Positions 27,998 to 37,931 of a DNA stretch of 51,438 nucleotides are shown in pieces. The stretch is from contig CAVIUT010000002.1 of NCBI GenBank assembly GCA_963646155.1, forward strand, positions 1-51,438. Reading direction: 5' to 3'. Under the pieces are notes generated by a model. The model was not told where the DNA came from and searched no databases. It saw only the letters and a list, made by a program, of their open reading frames with translations. Each line of letters begins with the position of its first letter. The stretch's first letter is position 1. The stretch comes from Eggerthellaceae bacterium. Its GTDB lineage: Bacteria; Spirochaetota; Spirochaetia; Sphaerochaetales; Sphaerochaetaceae. The position numbers and the translations under genes were made by a program.

Positions 27998-28069
27998 TGT
28001 AGCAACAAAAATGCTACAGTTGAAGAAGAAAAACAACAAAAGGCAACAAAAAAAGAAACAATTTGTTGC
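27998..28069. promoter_or_regulatory. Two inverted repeats sharing a GCAACAAAA core in the WYL-regulator/slyX divergent region
   Basis: TGTAGCA-7-TGCTACA lies at 27998-28018 and GCAACAAA-11-TTTGTTGC at 28043-28069. They are candidate operator sites. Confidence 0.35.
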
Positions 28070-28130
28070 AACTTTGATAAAAGTGGTCTTTTAGATTCAA
28101 CTTTTCCTCTTTTGAGGCAATAATAGAAGG

Positions 28131-28331
28131 ATGAGTAAAGAAACGGAAAAACTGGAAATCAAGATAAGCTATCTCGAGAGGGAGAATGCCGTCCTTAACG
28201 ATATCGTAACGGACCTCAACAAAAGGGTGGGAGTACTTTCAGCACAGTTTGAAGAGCTGAAGAAGAAAGTTAAGGATTTAATGGGCAATGAAGGTGAGGA
28301 GAGGGAGAACAGACGTCCCCCTCACTATTGA
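28131..28331 (+). CDS. slyX: SlyX family protein
   Basis: A 66-aa coiled-coil protein ending in the family-typical PPHY. Confidence 0.8.
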   Translation: MSKETEKLEIKISYLERENAVLNDIVTDLNKRVGVLSAQFEELKKKVKDLMGNEGEERENRRPPHY

Positions 28332-28550
28332 TTACTCCCCGGGCTCCATCTTTATGACGCGGCCGCAGTTCCAGAGGGTTGCACACTTCTGGAGTGCGCT
28401 CTTCTTGTCGACTTCGCTCTTGTATTCGGCTTCAACTGTGTGGCAGCCGCAGTCGAGGCATGTTATATAAAGGCACCAGCCGTTTTCGTATTCAACACAT
28501 GCCGGGCCGTTGCAGCGCGGGCAGTCGAGAATCAAAATACCGTCATTCAT
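28332..28550 (-). CDS. Small zinc-ribbon protein (Lar-like architecture)
   Basis: Four-Cys ribbon CPRC...CLDC followed by ALQKCATLWN, resembling the Lar restriction-alleviation layout (CPFCG...C..C...A...WN). ATG 28550 overlaps the thioesterase stop (ATGA). Confidence 0.45.
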   Translation of the reverse strand: MNDGILILDCPRCNGPACVEYENGWCLYITCLDCGCHTVEAEYKSEVDKKSALQKCATLWNCGRVIKMEPGE

Positions 28551-29338
28551 TTTTTGTCCTTCCAATTCGAGACAGCGTGGAATACTACTTCCTCTCCGCC
28601 ATCCCGGGTTTTTCTATAGATTGTTGTAAAGAAAGCATTGCTTCCTTTTTCCCTACTTATACTACGTGCATAGAGCTCATCTTCAAAGTGGCACTGCTTT
28701 CTCCATTCGCAGTCTATAAAGGAAGGTCTTTTCCTGTCCAAGAATTCCGGCGGGAAGGAGAGCATCATCCAGTTTATGTAGCTGATGTTGTTGACGTGCC
28801 TGTTGTAGTCATAGTCGTAGTAGTTGATGCTGATCCTTTCGTCGGAGAAAACGTCGCCCTTATAATCTTCAACGCTATCAAACTTCGGGAAGTCGGGGTT
28901 GAAGAGGCGTGACTTGTCGCCGCACTCGGGAAGTCTGGCCTCGATGTATTCCGGCTTTTCTGGCCGCATCCGCTCCATATTCATTACAATCCAGAGGCTC
29001 TCTGCATTGAAAAGGAGCTCTCCTTTTTTATTGAATGCTCTCACACATCGCGGACAGAAGAGCTTGAAGCCCCTCTGACACCATGTTTCGGCATCATATT
29101 CCTCCATCCACTCTGCATAGCGCTCGATTTTCATGCGGGTGCGGAGAATCATCCAGGTGCGGTGTTCAGTGTCCATCATCTTCTTGAGATTAGCGCCCCT
29201 GAGAGTTGCGTGTACGCCGCCTTCTTCCTGTGATAGTCCGAAGTACTTCACGGGCTTTACAACGTATTCGTTGTCTGTATCTGTTGCCTGGAAGTACCCG
29301 CTGTCGTGTCCTATATTGAACTCATCTATCGTCATCAT
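28547..29338 (-). CDS. Acyl-[acyl-carrier-protein] thioesterase
   Basis: Double hot-dog layout of ~260 aa with a DYNRHVNNISYINWM motif. Confidence 0.8.
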   Translation of the reverse strand: MMTIDEFNIGHDSGYFQATDTDNEYVVKPVKYFGLSQEEGGVHATLRGANLKKMMDTEHRTWMILRTRMKIERYAEWMEEYDAETWCQRGFKLFCPRCVRAFNKKGELLFNAESLWIVMNMERMRPEKPEYIEARLPECGDKSRLFNPDFPKFDSVEDYKGDVFSDERISINYYDYDYNRHVNNISYINWMMLSFPPEFLDRKRPSFIDCEWRKQCHFEDELYARSISREKGSNAFFTTIYRKTRDGGEEVVFHAVSNWKDKK

Positions 29339-29880
29339 TTCGTCTCTTCCTTACGGTAGAAGCGGAGCATACTCCGCCCATACTTTCTTTTGTCTATGAG
29401 AGTAAAGCCGTCCACGCTCTCCGGCCACTGGGACTCCTCCTCAACGGGATAGTGTATGATGAAGAGCCCTCTCTCCTTTACTATTCCAGCCTTTGCGACA
29501 GTCTCAAGGAGCTTAACTTTCTCCTCCATGGGAAATGGTGGGTCGGCATAGACGATGTTGTATTTAGAGAGAGTTGATAGTATGTAGCGGTATGCATCCA
29601 TTACAAAGAGCTTCTTCTCTTCCTCTACAAAGGAGAGATTCTTCTCGATTGTCGCCTTCTTCCCCCTGTCCATCTCTACTAGGTGTATGGGACTTGCGCC
29701 TCGTGATGCCGCTTCGATTGCAACACATCCCGAGCCCGAGAAAAGGTCGAGAAATGAACACCCCGTAAGATCTCCCAGGATTGAAAACAGCGATTCCCTC
29801 ATCCTGTCCATCGCGGGTCTGATTACGCCGGGAGGACAGACGATGTTGCGCCTGACATATTTGCCGCCGGTTATTCTCAC
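29335..29880 (-). CDS. rsmD: 16S rRNA (guanine966-N2)-methyltransferase RsmD family
   Basis: RPAMDRMRESLFSIL, SAM motif LDLFSGSGCVAIEAASRG, and DPPF. Confidence 0.85.
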   Translation of the reverse strand: MRITGGKYVRRNIVCPPGVIRPAMDRMRESLFSILGDLTGCSFLDLFSGSGCVAIEAASRGASPIHLVEMDRGKKATIEKNLSFVEEEKKLFVMDAYRYILSTLSKYNIVYADPPFPMEEKVKLLETVAKAGIVKERGLFIIHYPVEEESQWPESVDGFTLIDKRKYGRSMLRFYRKEETK

Positions 29881-29881
29881 C

Positions 29882-30445
29882 TTATTCCTCCGGCCATAGA
29901 TTGATAGAGGGCGCCACCTTCGTCATCCCTGCTATTGTAAGTTCTATCAGATCTTCCTTTGTTAAGCCGAGCATATCAGCACCCTTGAGGATTATGTCTC
30001 TGTTGACACCCTGGGCAAAACCGTTACTCGACCACTTCTTCTTGACCGACTTCACGCTGATTCCCTTCATCTTCTCAGGTCTCATGAGTGCCGTTGCGTT
30101 TACGAGTCCCGTGAGTTCATCGATGGCGAATAAAAGCTTCTCCATAGTCTTTTCAGGTTTGACATCCGTGCATATTGACCAGCCGTGGGAACATACGGCA
30201 TGGATGAAATCATCATCGGCCCCGATTTCCCTCAAAAGCCCGGGTGCTTTCTTACAGTGCTCGTTTGGGAACATACCATAGTCGATGTCATGAAGGAATC
30301 CGACAAGGCCCCAGTATTCGGGATCCTCACCGTATTTGACGGCCCCTTCTCTCATTACTGCCTCGACGGAGAGTGCATGATGAAAGAGGCTTTCGCTTGA
30401 ATTATATTTATGCCATAGGGCAACTGCTTCGTCGCGTGTGAACAT
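29882..30445 (-). CDS. HD-domain phosphohydrolase
   Basis: It has the H...HD motif (LFHHALSVEAV...GFLHDIDY) and is 187 aa. Confidence 0.8.
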   Translation of the reverse strand: MFTRDEAVALWHKYNSSESLFHHALSVEAVMREGAVKYGEDPEYWGLVGFLHDIDYGMFPNEHCKKAPGLLREIGADDDFIHAVCSHGWSICTDVKPEKTMEKLLFAIDELTGLVNATALMRPEKMKGISVKSVKKKWSSNGFAQGVNRDIILKGADMLGLTKEDLIELTIAGMTKVAPSINLWPEE

Positions 30446-30481
30446 ATATTTACCTCGAGGAATAATATTATTTATTTTGCT

Positions 30482-32485
30482 TCAGCTCTTCAATGCCTTG
30501 CGTAGCGGCGCATTACTGCCGCTGATGAGGCCGGGGTCGGACGAAAGTATCTCCTCAGCTTCCTTCTTTGCGTCTGCTACAAGGGCGGTATCCTCTGTGA
30601 GGGAGGCAAACTTCAGCTTCAAAAAGCCTGATTGTCTATTTCCCGCTATCTCCCCCGGGCCCCTTATCGAAAGGTCTTTTTCCGCAATTACAAAGCCGTC
30701 GTTCGTCATCTTCATAACGTTGAGCCTTTCCTTTGCCTCGGCGCTGAGTCCGCTTTCGAAGACTAAGAAGCAATATGACTGGAGAGACGAGCGTCCGACT
30801 CTTCCCCTCAGCTGATGGAGGGCAGCCAGTCCGAATCTGTCGGCATGTTCTATGACCATGCACGTTGCAGAGGGTATGTCGATGCCAACCTCCACTACGC
30901 TTGTTGCGACAAGGTATTTGATTTCCCCTTTTCTGAACTTCTCGAGTATTTCCATCTTATCCTCTTCGGGAAGTTTGGAATGTATGAAGGCAGACGGGAC
31001 TGAGGGGTATTTTTCCTGAAGGAAAGAATACATCGTCATGACATCTCTTAAATCACTCTCCCCCTCGTCGTCTATACGGGGGTAGACGAAATAAGCCTGG
31101 TGGCCGCGCTCGAATTCAACGGCGATTGCGGCGTACATCTTATCTCTGCTTGACGGGCCTACGGTGTATGTGATTATGCTTTTCCGTCCCTTCGGCATGG
31201 TCCTTATGGTAGAAACGGACATATCTGCAAAGAGAGTGAGGGCGAGGGTACGGGGAATTGGTGTTGCCGTCATACTCAGCATATGGGGCTCTTTTCCCTT
31301 TGTTTTCAGTGCCTCACGCTGGTTGACCCCGAAGCGGTGCTGCTCGTCGATTATGACATACTCGAGGTCACGGAATGTGACATCTTCGCTGAAGAGCGAG
31401 TGGGTACCGATTGCAAGGTCCACTTCTCCTTTTTTGAGGGCCTCCAGCAACAGCCGTCTGCTCTTACCTTTGACGTCTCCTGTGATATAAGAAATCCTGA
31501 TTCCGAGAGGAGCGAGGAGAGAGAAGGCGTTTTCCGCATGCTGACGCGCAAGAAGTTCCGTCGGGGCCATGAATGCAACCTGTCCCCCCTTCGATATGAT
31601 GAAGAGTGCACTCAGCCATGCAACAAGAGTCTTTCCGCTTCCGACATCACCCTGCAGGAGCCGCTGCATTGGAGTCTTTTTAGAGAGGTCACTCCTTATT
31701 TCCTCGAGTACCTTATTCTGATCGTCTGTCAATTCGAATGGGAGTGACGATATAAGTTTTTTCTCGAGTTCGGAAGGTCTTATCTTTGTAAATGAAGATT
31801 TCGGCTTCTCCCTCATAACCTTTATCTCCATTAATAAAAGCTCCGTAAAGGCAAGTGTTTCCCTTGCTTTCTTGAGTGTTGTCTCGTCTGTCGGGAAGTG
31901 CAACTCTCTCAAAGCCTTATCCCGTGTGTATAGATTATATTTCTCCCTGATGGATGGAGGGAGAATTTCCTCCATAGGAGAGAGGAGCGAGAGTGCCGTT
32001 TCCATCGGGATGCGGAAGTCCTTCTGGGTAAGAGAACCCGATAGAGGGTAGAGAGGAAGTATTTTTCCTATTCCGCTTTCTTCTTTTGTTTTCTTTATTT
32101 CAAACGACGAACATTGATAAACGCCGTAGTTCTTGCCGGCTGTTCCGTTGAGGTACCAGCTTGTGCCGACTTTGAGCATCTGTTCGAGGTACGGCCTGTT
32201 GAAGCAGAGTAAATCGACCCTTACTCCCTCGTCGTCCTCCGCTCTCACTTTGATTGTGCGCCCTTTCTTCGAAGAGAATGCAGCGTGTGAAAGGATTGTG
32301 ATGCGGCAGTTGACGGATGGGTCATCAATATCTGCCTTTCTTATAGTCCTTTCCTCTCGTCTATCGTCATAGGAGCGCGGGGCATAGAGCACGAGGTCCT
32401 CGACTGTGTTGAGGCCAAGTTTTTTGAATTCTTCTGCTTTTTTCCGACCTATGCGTGGAAGGGAGGTTAAAGGAATATCTGCCAT
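30482..32485 (-). CDS. recG: ATP-dependent DNA helicase RecG
   Basis: It has a wedge domain, Walker A GDVGSGKT, DEQHRFG and QLRGRVGR. The start is set at MADIPLTSLPRIGRKKAEEF, which removes the 97-nt overlap with the upstream gene. Confidence 0.93.
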   Translation of the reverse strand: MADIPLTSLPRIGRKKAEEFKKLGLNTVEDLVLYAPRSYDDRREERTIRKADIDDPSVNCRITILSHAAFSSKKGRTIKVRAEDDEGVRVDLLCFNRPYLEQMLKVGTSWYLNGTAGKNYGVYQCSSFEIKKTKEESGIGKILPLYPLSGSLTQKDFRIPMETALSLLSPMEEILPPSIREKYNLYTRDKALRELHFPTDETTLKKARETLAFTELLLMEIKVMREKPKSSFTKIRPSELEKKLISSLPFELTDDQNKVLEEIRSDLSKKTPMQRLLQGDVGSGKTLVAWLSALFIISKGGQVAFMAPTELLARQHAENAFSLLAPLGIRISYITGDVKGKSRRLLLEALKKGEVDLAIGTHSLFSEDVTFRDLEYVIIDEQHRFGVNQREALKTKGKEPHMLSMTATPIPRTLALTLFADMSVSTIRTMPKGRKSIITYTVGPSSRDKMYAAIAVEFERGHQAYFVYPRIDDEGESDLRDVMTMYSFLQEKYPSVPSAFIHSKLPEEDKMEILEKFRKGEIKYLVATSVVEVGIDIPSATCMVIEHADRFGLAALHQLRGRVGRSSLQSYCFLVFESGLSAEAKERLNVMKMTNDGFVIAEKDLSIRGPGEIAGNRQSGFLKLKFASLTEDTALVADAKKEAEEILSSDPGLISGSNAPLRKALKS

Positions 32486-32487
32486 CG

Positions 32488-33093
32488 CTATAGAGGTATT
32501 CTCAATACCAGGGTACAGAGCCACGACACAAGGTATTGTGTCATGAAATAGAAAACGATTACGAGTATGAGTGATATTACGCATACACTCTTCTCCGAGA
32601 GGTAATGCCTTCCCGCCATCTGACGGACAAAGTTCGTCACGGGCTCAGAAGCGGAACCTACCTGAGAGTAGGCATAGCGGCCACCGGGATTACGGGAAAA
32701 CGCTCCAATCGTCCTGAAGACGAGGGCGAAGAAGAGCACCCAGAAATAGATGGAGAGGCCGTATGACCAGAGGGCGGAGAGGAAGAAGTAGAGTACGCTC
32801 GAGAGAGTCAGCGTCCCATAGCGCCCGTAGAACTCGAAGATTCCCTGAAAGACGTAAATAACACCGATAGCAAAAATCGGGGAGAAATCGAGTCTTCCGA
32901 CTGTGGATTTCTTACTCTTGAAAACACCGAGAAACGGGTCGACAAGTTTTCCCATCCAGTAGACGAAATTATTACGCTGTGGATAGGGGAAAATCCAGGA
33001 GAGGAGAATTCTTATCCAGATCAGGATAGAGTAGGCATTGAGTACTCTTGCCACATAGAGCGAGATTCTCATCAGAATATCATTATAAAGCAT
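32488..33093 (-). CDS. YggT-family membrane protein (duplicated form)
   Basis: It has YSILIWIRILLSWIFPYP...LVDPFL, typical of YggT, plus a second hydrophobic repeat. Confidence 0.6.
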   Translation of the reverse strand: MLYNDILMRISLYVARVLNAYSILIWIRILLSWIFPYPQRNNFVYWMGKLVDPFLGVFKSKKSTVGRLDFSPIFAIGVIYVFQGIFEFYGRYGTLTLSSVLYFFLSALWSYGLSIYFWVLFFALVFRTIGAFSRNPGGRYAYSQVGSASEPVTNFVRQMAGRHYLSEKSVCVISLILVIVFYFMTQYLVSWLCTLVLRIPL

Positions 33094-33112
33094 AAGGCCT
33101 CCATCCTTTAAA

Positions 33113-36100
33113 TTAATTAACCCAGACCTTTAAGACAACATCGAGAGATGTAAGGGATGTGTAGAGATTGTGTGAATATTCAACATTATCTGTACCCCTG
33201 AGGAGTAACTCCTCGCCTCTTATACCGTCGATTGAAAGCAGCACAGGAGTCTTTCCTTCGTTATCCGCTAAAACGTGACGAATCTCATCGAGGCCCTCTT
33301 TCGTGACAGGTGCATTCTTTTTGAGCCTTATATGGACCTTTTCGACTGCTATCGGCTTGAGGTCCTTAGGGGATACTATGTCGCTGATGATGAATGACAC
33401 CTTGCCGTCTTTGATCTCGAATTTGCCCTTGAAGCCGTAGATGCCGTCCATCTCCGTCTTTCCTCCGAGCGTTTCATAGGTCTTCGGGAAGATTACAGCC
33501 TCTGTGTCGCCACTGTCACTTTGTAGTGTCAGGAACGATAGCTTGCTGCCGTTTCCTTTTTTAGATATCACGGTCCTCTCGGCAATCACCTGAGCTATAA
33601 TCTGAGTCTCCGAGCCGTAGGGGATGGTATCTTTATCGCTGAGATTGACAGTCACGCATTCCTCTATTTCCTTCTTGTAGCCGTCGAGTGGGTGACCGGA
33701 GATATAGAAGCCGAGAAGCTCCTTCTCCATCTTCAACTTTTCCATATTGGGGAAGGGCTCGACAGAACGCATCTCGAAGGTGTTCATTGTGCTCTCTTCC
33801 TCCCCGAAGAGACTGAGCTGTCCGAATGCCGACTGGCTCTTCTGGGCTTTATCGAACTTCAATGCTTCGTCGAGGTTAGCCAACAGCACTGCCCTGTCAA
33901 CTCCCAGTTCGTCGAAGCACCCTGCCTTTATAAGGCATTCAAGAAGCCTTGAATTGAGTGTGTTTTCACCCTGCCTTGATAAAAAGTCCATGAAAGATTT
34001 ATACGGTCCGTTTTTGCGCCTCTCGCTGATTATCGAATCAACGATATTTGCACCGACATTCTTTATCGCTGCCAGGCCGTAAATAATTTCGCCGTTGTCG
34101 ACACTGAACTGTGTCTCAGAACGGTTGATTGACGGAGGAACGACCCTTATGTTGTATTTCGGGGCAAGATTCAGATACTCCTTGAACTTGTCGGGGCTGT
34201 TCATTTCGTTTGTAAGGTTCGCCGCAAGGAACTCAGTGTTGTAGTTGGCCTTGAGATATGCCGTCTGGTAGGCGATTATCGAATAGGCGACGGCATGGGA
34301 CTTGTTGAAGCCGTATCCGGCAAAAGGTTCGAGGTACTTGAAAATTTCGATTGCGTGTTCCCGCGTGTGTCCTTTGGCCATTGCCTTTTCAATGAATTTG
34401 TCGAGCTCCTTTGCTAGTGCCTCGACTTTCTTCTTTCCCATGATACGACGGAGTATATCGGCTTCACCAAGAGTGTATCCCGCGATAATCTGCGCCGTCT
34501 GCATTACCTGTTCCTGATAGACGATGACACCGTAGGTTGTCTTTAAAATAGGCTCGAGTGCAGGGTCGGCGTAGGTGATGGGCTCTATTCCAAGCTTAGA
34601 GTTGATGTATTTATCGATGAACTGCATCGGACCGGGCCTGTAGAGTGCATTGAGGGCGACAAGATCTTCTATCGATCCCGGTTTTGCCCTCTTCAATATC
34701 TCCTGCATGCCTGATGACTCGAACTGGAAGACATATGCACTGTCACCGCGGCAGAGCATGTCGAAGGTGTTTTTGTCTGAAGTTGAAATCTTGTTTAAAT
34801 CAAAGTCAGGCTCCCTTTTATGAATGAGGTCCACAGCATGCTTCAGGAGCGTCAGGGTTTTGAGGCCCAGGAAGTCCATCTTTACAAGTCCGCATTCCTC
34901 AATCTGGAGCATTGTATATTGGCTGGCAAGTCCTCCGCTCTTCTGGTCGGGGACGCAGAGAGGAACGTATCTGTCGAGGGGCTCACGACCGATTACAACA
35001 CCCGCTGCATGAAGGGATGTGTGACGATTCAGGCCGTCGAGTCTTATTGCTGTATCGAAAAGCTCTTCATATATTCCACCGCGGTCTCTTATTTCCTGGA
35101 GCTTCGGCTCGGCTTTGAGGGCATCGGTTACATGCATATGCTTGACGCCGGGAATCTCGTCCGGGACAAGGGATGTAATCTTGTTCGATTCCTCGAAGGG
35201 AATATCAAGAACACGTGCTACGTCCTTCAGTACAGCCTTTGGTTTGAGAGTTCCGAAAGTTACAATCTGTCCCACAGAATCGTGTCCGTAGTGCTCTGTT
35301 ACATAGTCGATGACTTCTCCTCGTCTCTCGAAGCAGAAGTCGACGTCGAAGTCTGGAAGCGAGACTCTTTCAGGGTTTAAAAACCTTTCAAAGAGGAGAT
35401 TGTACTGTATAGGGTCGACATCGGTAATTTCCGTTGTGTAGGCAACAAGGCTTCCCGCTCCCGATCCTCTTCCCGGTCCTACCGGAATATCGTGAACCTT
35501 CGCCCAGTGTATGTAGTCGCGGACGATGAGAAAGTATGCAGGGAAGTCCATCTTTATGATGATATCCAGTTCATGCTGAAGACGAGCTTTCAGATTTCCA
35601 AGTTCTTCTCCCTCTGCGTCTGGATATCTTTTCTTCAACCCTTCGTATGAGAGTGCCGTAAGGTATTCGGCGTCGCTCTTATACTCTTCGGGTATCTGGC
35701 ACTTTGGCAGTATCGGCCCGGGGAAGCGTATCTCAAGGTGACACCTGTCGGCGACCTTTTTTGTGTTCTCGATTGCCTCGGGGCACCATGAAAAGAGCTC
35801 TTCCATCTCTTCGGGGGTGCGGAAGTAGAACTCACCCTCCTTATATCTCATCCTCTCCTTGTCGCCCTTTTTCGACTGGGTTCCTATGCAGATGAGTGTG
35901 TCGTGTGCATTGGAGTCATCCTTTTCTATGTAGTGGATGTCGTTTGTGCATACAAGGGGTACATCAAGCTCTGCAGCAAGCTTCGGAAGAGCGGAAAGGA
36001 CAATCTTGTCTTCATCCAGCCCATGGTCCTGGAGCTCGAGATAGTATCTGTCGCCGAAGAGATTCTTGAACCACTTTATCCTTTCCCTTGCGCCGTCGAG

Positions 36101-36544
36101 GTTGTTCGCGACAATCAGGCGTGGTATTTCGCCCGCAAGACACGCCGAGAGGCAGATGAGGTCTTCGCTGTGGGTGGTGAGAGCTTCGTCGTCGATACGC
36201 GGCTTATAGTAATAGCCGTCCTTCCAGGCAATGCTGTTGAGCTCCATAAGATTGTGGTAGCCCTTGTCCGACATAGCGATGAGAATCAGATGATAATACT
36301 TACTCGAAGCGTCCTTCACGTGCCTGTCGTGCGTGTAGTAGAACTCGCACCCGACAAGTGGGTTTATGCCGTTGGCTTTACATTCTTTGTAGAATGTGAC
36401 AGCCCCGTACATATTGCCGTGGTCGGTTATTGCCAGTGCGTCCATTCCGACTTCTTTGCATTTAGCAATGTATCTCGGGATGGATGCCGCTCCGTCGAGG
36501 AGTGAGAAATCTGTGTGGTTGTGAAGATGAACGAAGTTACTCAA
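33113..36544 (-). CDS. dnaE: DNA polymerase III subunit alpha
   Basis: It has a PHP domain (FVHLHNHTDFSLLDGA), palm/fingers motifs (GRGSGAGSLVAY, LPDFDVDF) and an OB fold. It is 1143 aa. Confidence 0.97.
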   Translation of the reverse strand: MSNFVHLHNHTDFSLLDGAASIPRYIAKCKEVGMDALAITDHGNMYGAVTFYKECKANGINPLVGCEFYYTHDRHVKDASSKYYHLILIAMSDKGYHNLMELNSIAWKDGYYYKPRIDDEALTTHSEDLICLSACLAGEIPRLIVANNLDGARERIKWFKNLFGDRYYLELQDHGLDEDKIVLSALPKLAAELDVPLVCTNDIHYIEKDDSNAHDTLICIGTQSKKGDKERMRYKEGEFYFRTPEEMEELFSWCPEAIENTKKVADRCHLEIRFPGPILPKCQIPEEYKSDAEYLTALSYEGLKKRYPDAEGEELGNLKARLQHELDIIIKMDFPAYFLIVRDYIHWAKVHDIPVGPGRGSGAGSLVAYTTEITDVDPIQYNLLFERFLNPERVSLPDFDVDFCFERRGEVIDYVTEHYGHDSVGQIVTFGTLKPKAVLKDVARVLDIPFEESNKITSLVPDEIPGVKHMHVTDALKAEPKLQEIRDRGGIYEELFDTAIRLDGLNRHTSLHAAGVVIGREPLDRYVPLCVPDQKSGGLASQYTMLQIEECGLVKMDFLGLKTLTLLKHAVDLIHKREPDFDLNKISTSDKNTFDMLCRGDSAYVFQFESSGMQEILKRAKPGSIEDLVALNALYRPGPMQFIDKYINSKLGIEPITYADPALEPILKTTYGVIVYQEQVMQTAQIIAGYTLGEADILRRIMGKKKVEALAKELDKFIEKAMAKGHTREHAIEIFKYLEPFAGYGFNKSHAVAYSIIAYQTAYLKANYNTEFLAANLTNEMNSPDKFKEYLNLAPKYNIRVVPPSINRSETQFSVDNGEIIYGLAAIKNVGANIVDSIISERRKNGPYKSFMDFLSRQGENTLNSRLLECLIKAGCFDELGVDRAVLLANLDEALKFDKAQKSQSAFGQLSLFGEEESTMNTFEMRSVEPFPNMEKLKMEKELLGFYISGHPLDGYKKEIEECVTVNLSDKDTIPYGSETQIIAQVIAERTVISKKGNGSKLSFLTLQSDSGDTEAVIFPKTYETLGGKTEMDGIYGFKGKFEIKDGKVSFIISDIVSPKDLKPIAVEKVHIRLKKNAPVTKEGLDEIRHVLADNEGKTPVLLSIDGIRGEELLLRGTDNVEYSHNLYTSLTSLDVVLKVWVN

Positions 36545-36553
36545 TTTTCTTTC

Positions 36554-37468
36554 CTATATCAGGCCCTGCTCGAGAGCACTCGGTGCGAGCATCTTTGCGT
36601 TTATGGTATTCATCAGGTCCTCGAGAATGTAGTTCAATCTCGATTTCTGCAGCTTCGTGATGCTCATGACTGCATTGATGAATGTGTAGGTAATCTGGAG
36701 AAACTGCTTGAATTCACTGCGCCCCAGCGGGAACTGCAGCTGCATTAGGATGTTGTCCAGGTCTTTGGAGTACAAGAGGCCCTGACGGGGGAATGTGAGC
36801 GCAATATGAGGAGAGAGAAGATTCTCCTGTCCCATATTCGCCGTAAATGCTACGGCCACTGTGTTCTCCACATCGTCTATGTAGCTTCCTTCCTCCCTGA
36901 AATACGAGCAGTCATACCCCTGAAGCGACACCCTTGCTCTTGTGATGAGAGCATTCTGGGGAAGCGAAATCTGTGCGTTCTTGAGGGTGTTCAGTAAAAG
37001 CGAAAGTGGTGTCCACTTCGAGTGCGTGCTATGCTTGTTGACTGTCCTCATTTCAACGTTGCCCCCCAGAACTATGAGAGTCCCGGGAAGAGTTGAGAGC
37101 GGGGAATTTGTTGCAATTGCGCCGCCGAGGGTTGCGCGTCCTGTCAAAAGGGGACTCCCGACAGCCTCGATGTTCTCTCTCAATATCTGGGGAATAGATG
37201 CGCGGTGGCTTTTGAGTATCTCATTGAGTGTAACCATGGCACCGATTTCAATCATCCTGTCGTTGCGGGCCATCTTCTTCAGACTCTCGATTTCACTGAG
37301 ACAGATGATTTCAGGGTTGTTTTCTCGAGACGGATAACTCTTGTCCCTGCTCATGAGCGCAGTCCCGCCTGCCCAGATCTTTGCATTCGGGTATCTCTGG
37401 ACTGTCTGGCTGAACTCCTGAAGGGTCGGAGGTGTATGTATTGAGGGGGAATTAAGACCTTCGAACAT
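36554..37468 (-). CDS. XDH/CoxM-like FAD-binding subunit
   Basis: It has AKIWAGGTALM and LTGRATLGGAIA motifs of the FAD_binding_5 type. It overlaps the 2Fe-2S subunit gene by 17 nt. Confidence 0.65.
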   Translation of the reverse strand: MFEGLNSPSIHTPPTLQEFSQTVQRYPNAKIWAGGTALMSRDKSYPSRENNPEIICLSEIESLKKMARNDRMIEIGAMVTLNEILKSHRASIPQILRENIEAVGSPLLTGRATLGGAIATNSPLSTLPGTLIVLGGNVEMRTVNKHSTHSKWTPLSLLLNTLKNAQISLPQNALITRARVSLQGYDCSYFREEGSYIDDVENTVAVAFTANMGQENLLSPHIALTFPRQGLLYSKDLDNILMQLQFPLGRSEFKQFLQITYTFINAVMSITKLQKSRLNYILEDLMNTINAKMLAPSALEQGLI

Positions 37469-37931
37469 TTCTCTTTCTCCTTATTTCTACGGCCTTCGTG
37501 ACTATTTGCACTTCGTCGTCACTCTCCATGCATGAGCACCTGACGGCACTGAGTATTCTCTTTATTTCGTCCCTCTTCGTTTCGCCGGAGGAGATTATGG
37601 ACTCATAGATTATGCTTCTGGAGGCATAGCAGTCGGGGCAGGGTTCGACACCGACGGCATCATAGGCACGGCTTATATCTCTCATCTCTCTTGATTTCTG
37701 GAACTGGTCGAAGGTGACTATTGTTTTATTTCTTATCTCGAAAGCGGGAACCATGCACGAGAGTTCTGCCTTTCCATCGATAAGTACGGCACATAGTCCA
37801 CACATTTTTCCCCTGCAGTGTGAGGAGAGCGACTCTATGTCGAGGTTCTCCTCAAGTATGAGGGACAAGGGCTTATTCGAATTGAGGGAAAGAGTCAGCG
37901 CTTTTCCGTCAATGGTACATTCTATCTTCAC
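37452..37931 (-). CDS. (2Fe-2S)-binding small subunit of an XDH/aldehyde oxidase-family enzyme
   Basis: It has C-x4-C-G-x-C...C (HCRGKMCGLC...SC) and a second-cluster pattern C-x2-C...C-x-C (CPDC...CSC). Confidence 0.8.
   Translation of the reverse strand: MKIECTIDGKALTLSLNSNKPLSLILEENLDIESLSSHCRGKMCGLCAVLIDGKAELSCMVPAFEIRNKTIVTFDQFQKSREMRDISRAYDAVGVEPCPDCYASRSIIYESIISSGETKRDEIKRILSAVRCSCMESDDEVQIVTKAVEIRRKRNVRRS

Noticed and set aside
32486-32584. N-terminal extensions proposed by the ORF track for recG (also leuS 11856-11891, ligA 39959-39991, the rluA-family gene 15745-15789, and the WYL regulator 27980-28039)
   Set aside because: The extensions overlap upstream genes or lack homology, and conserved N-termini begin at internal ATGs.
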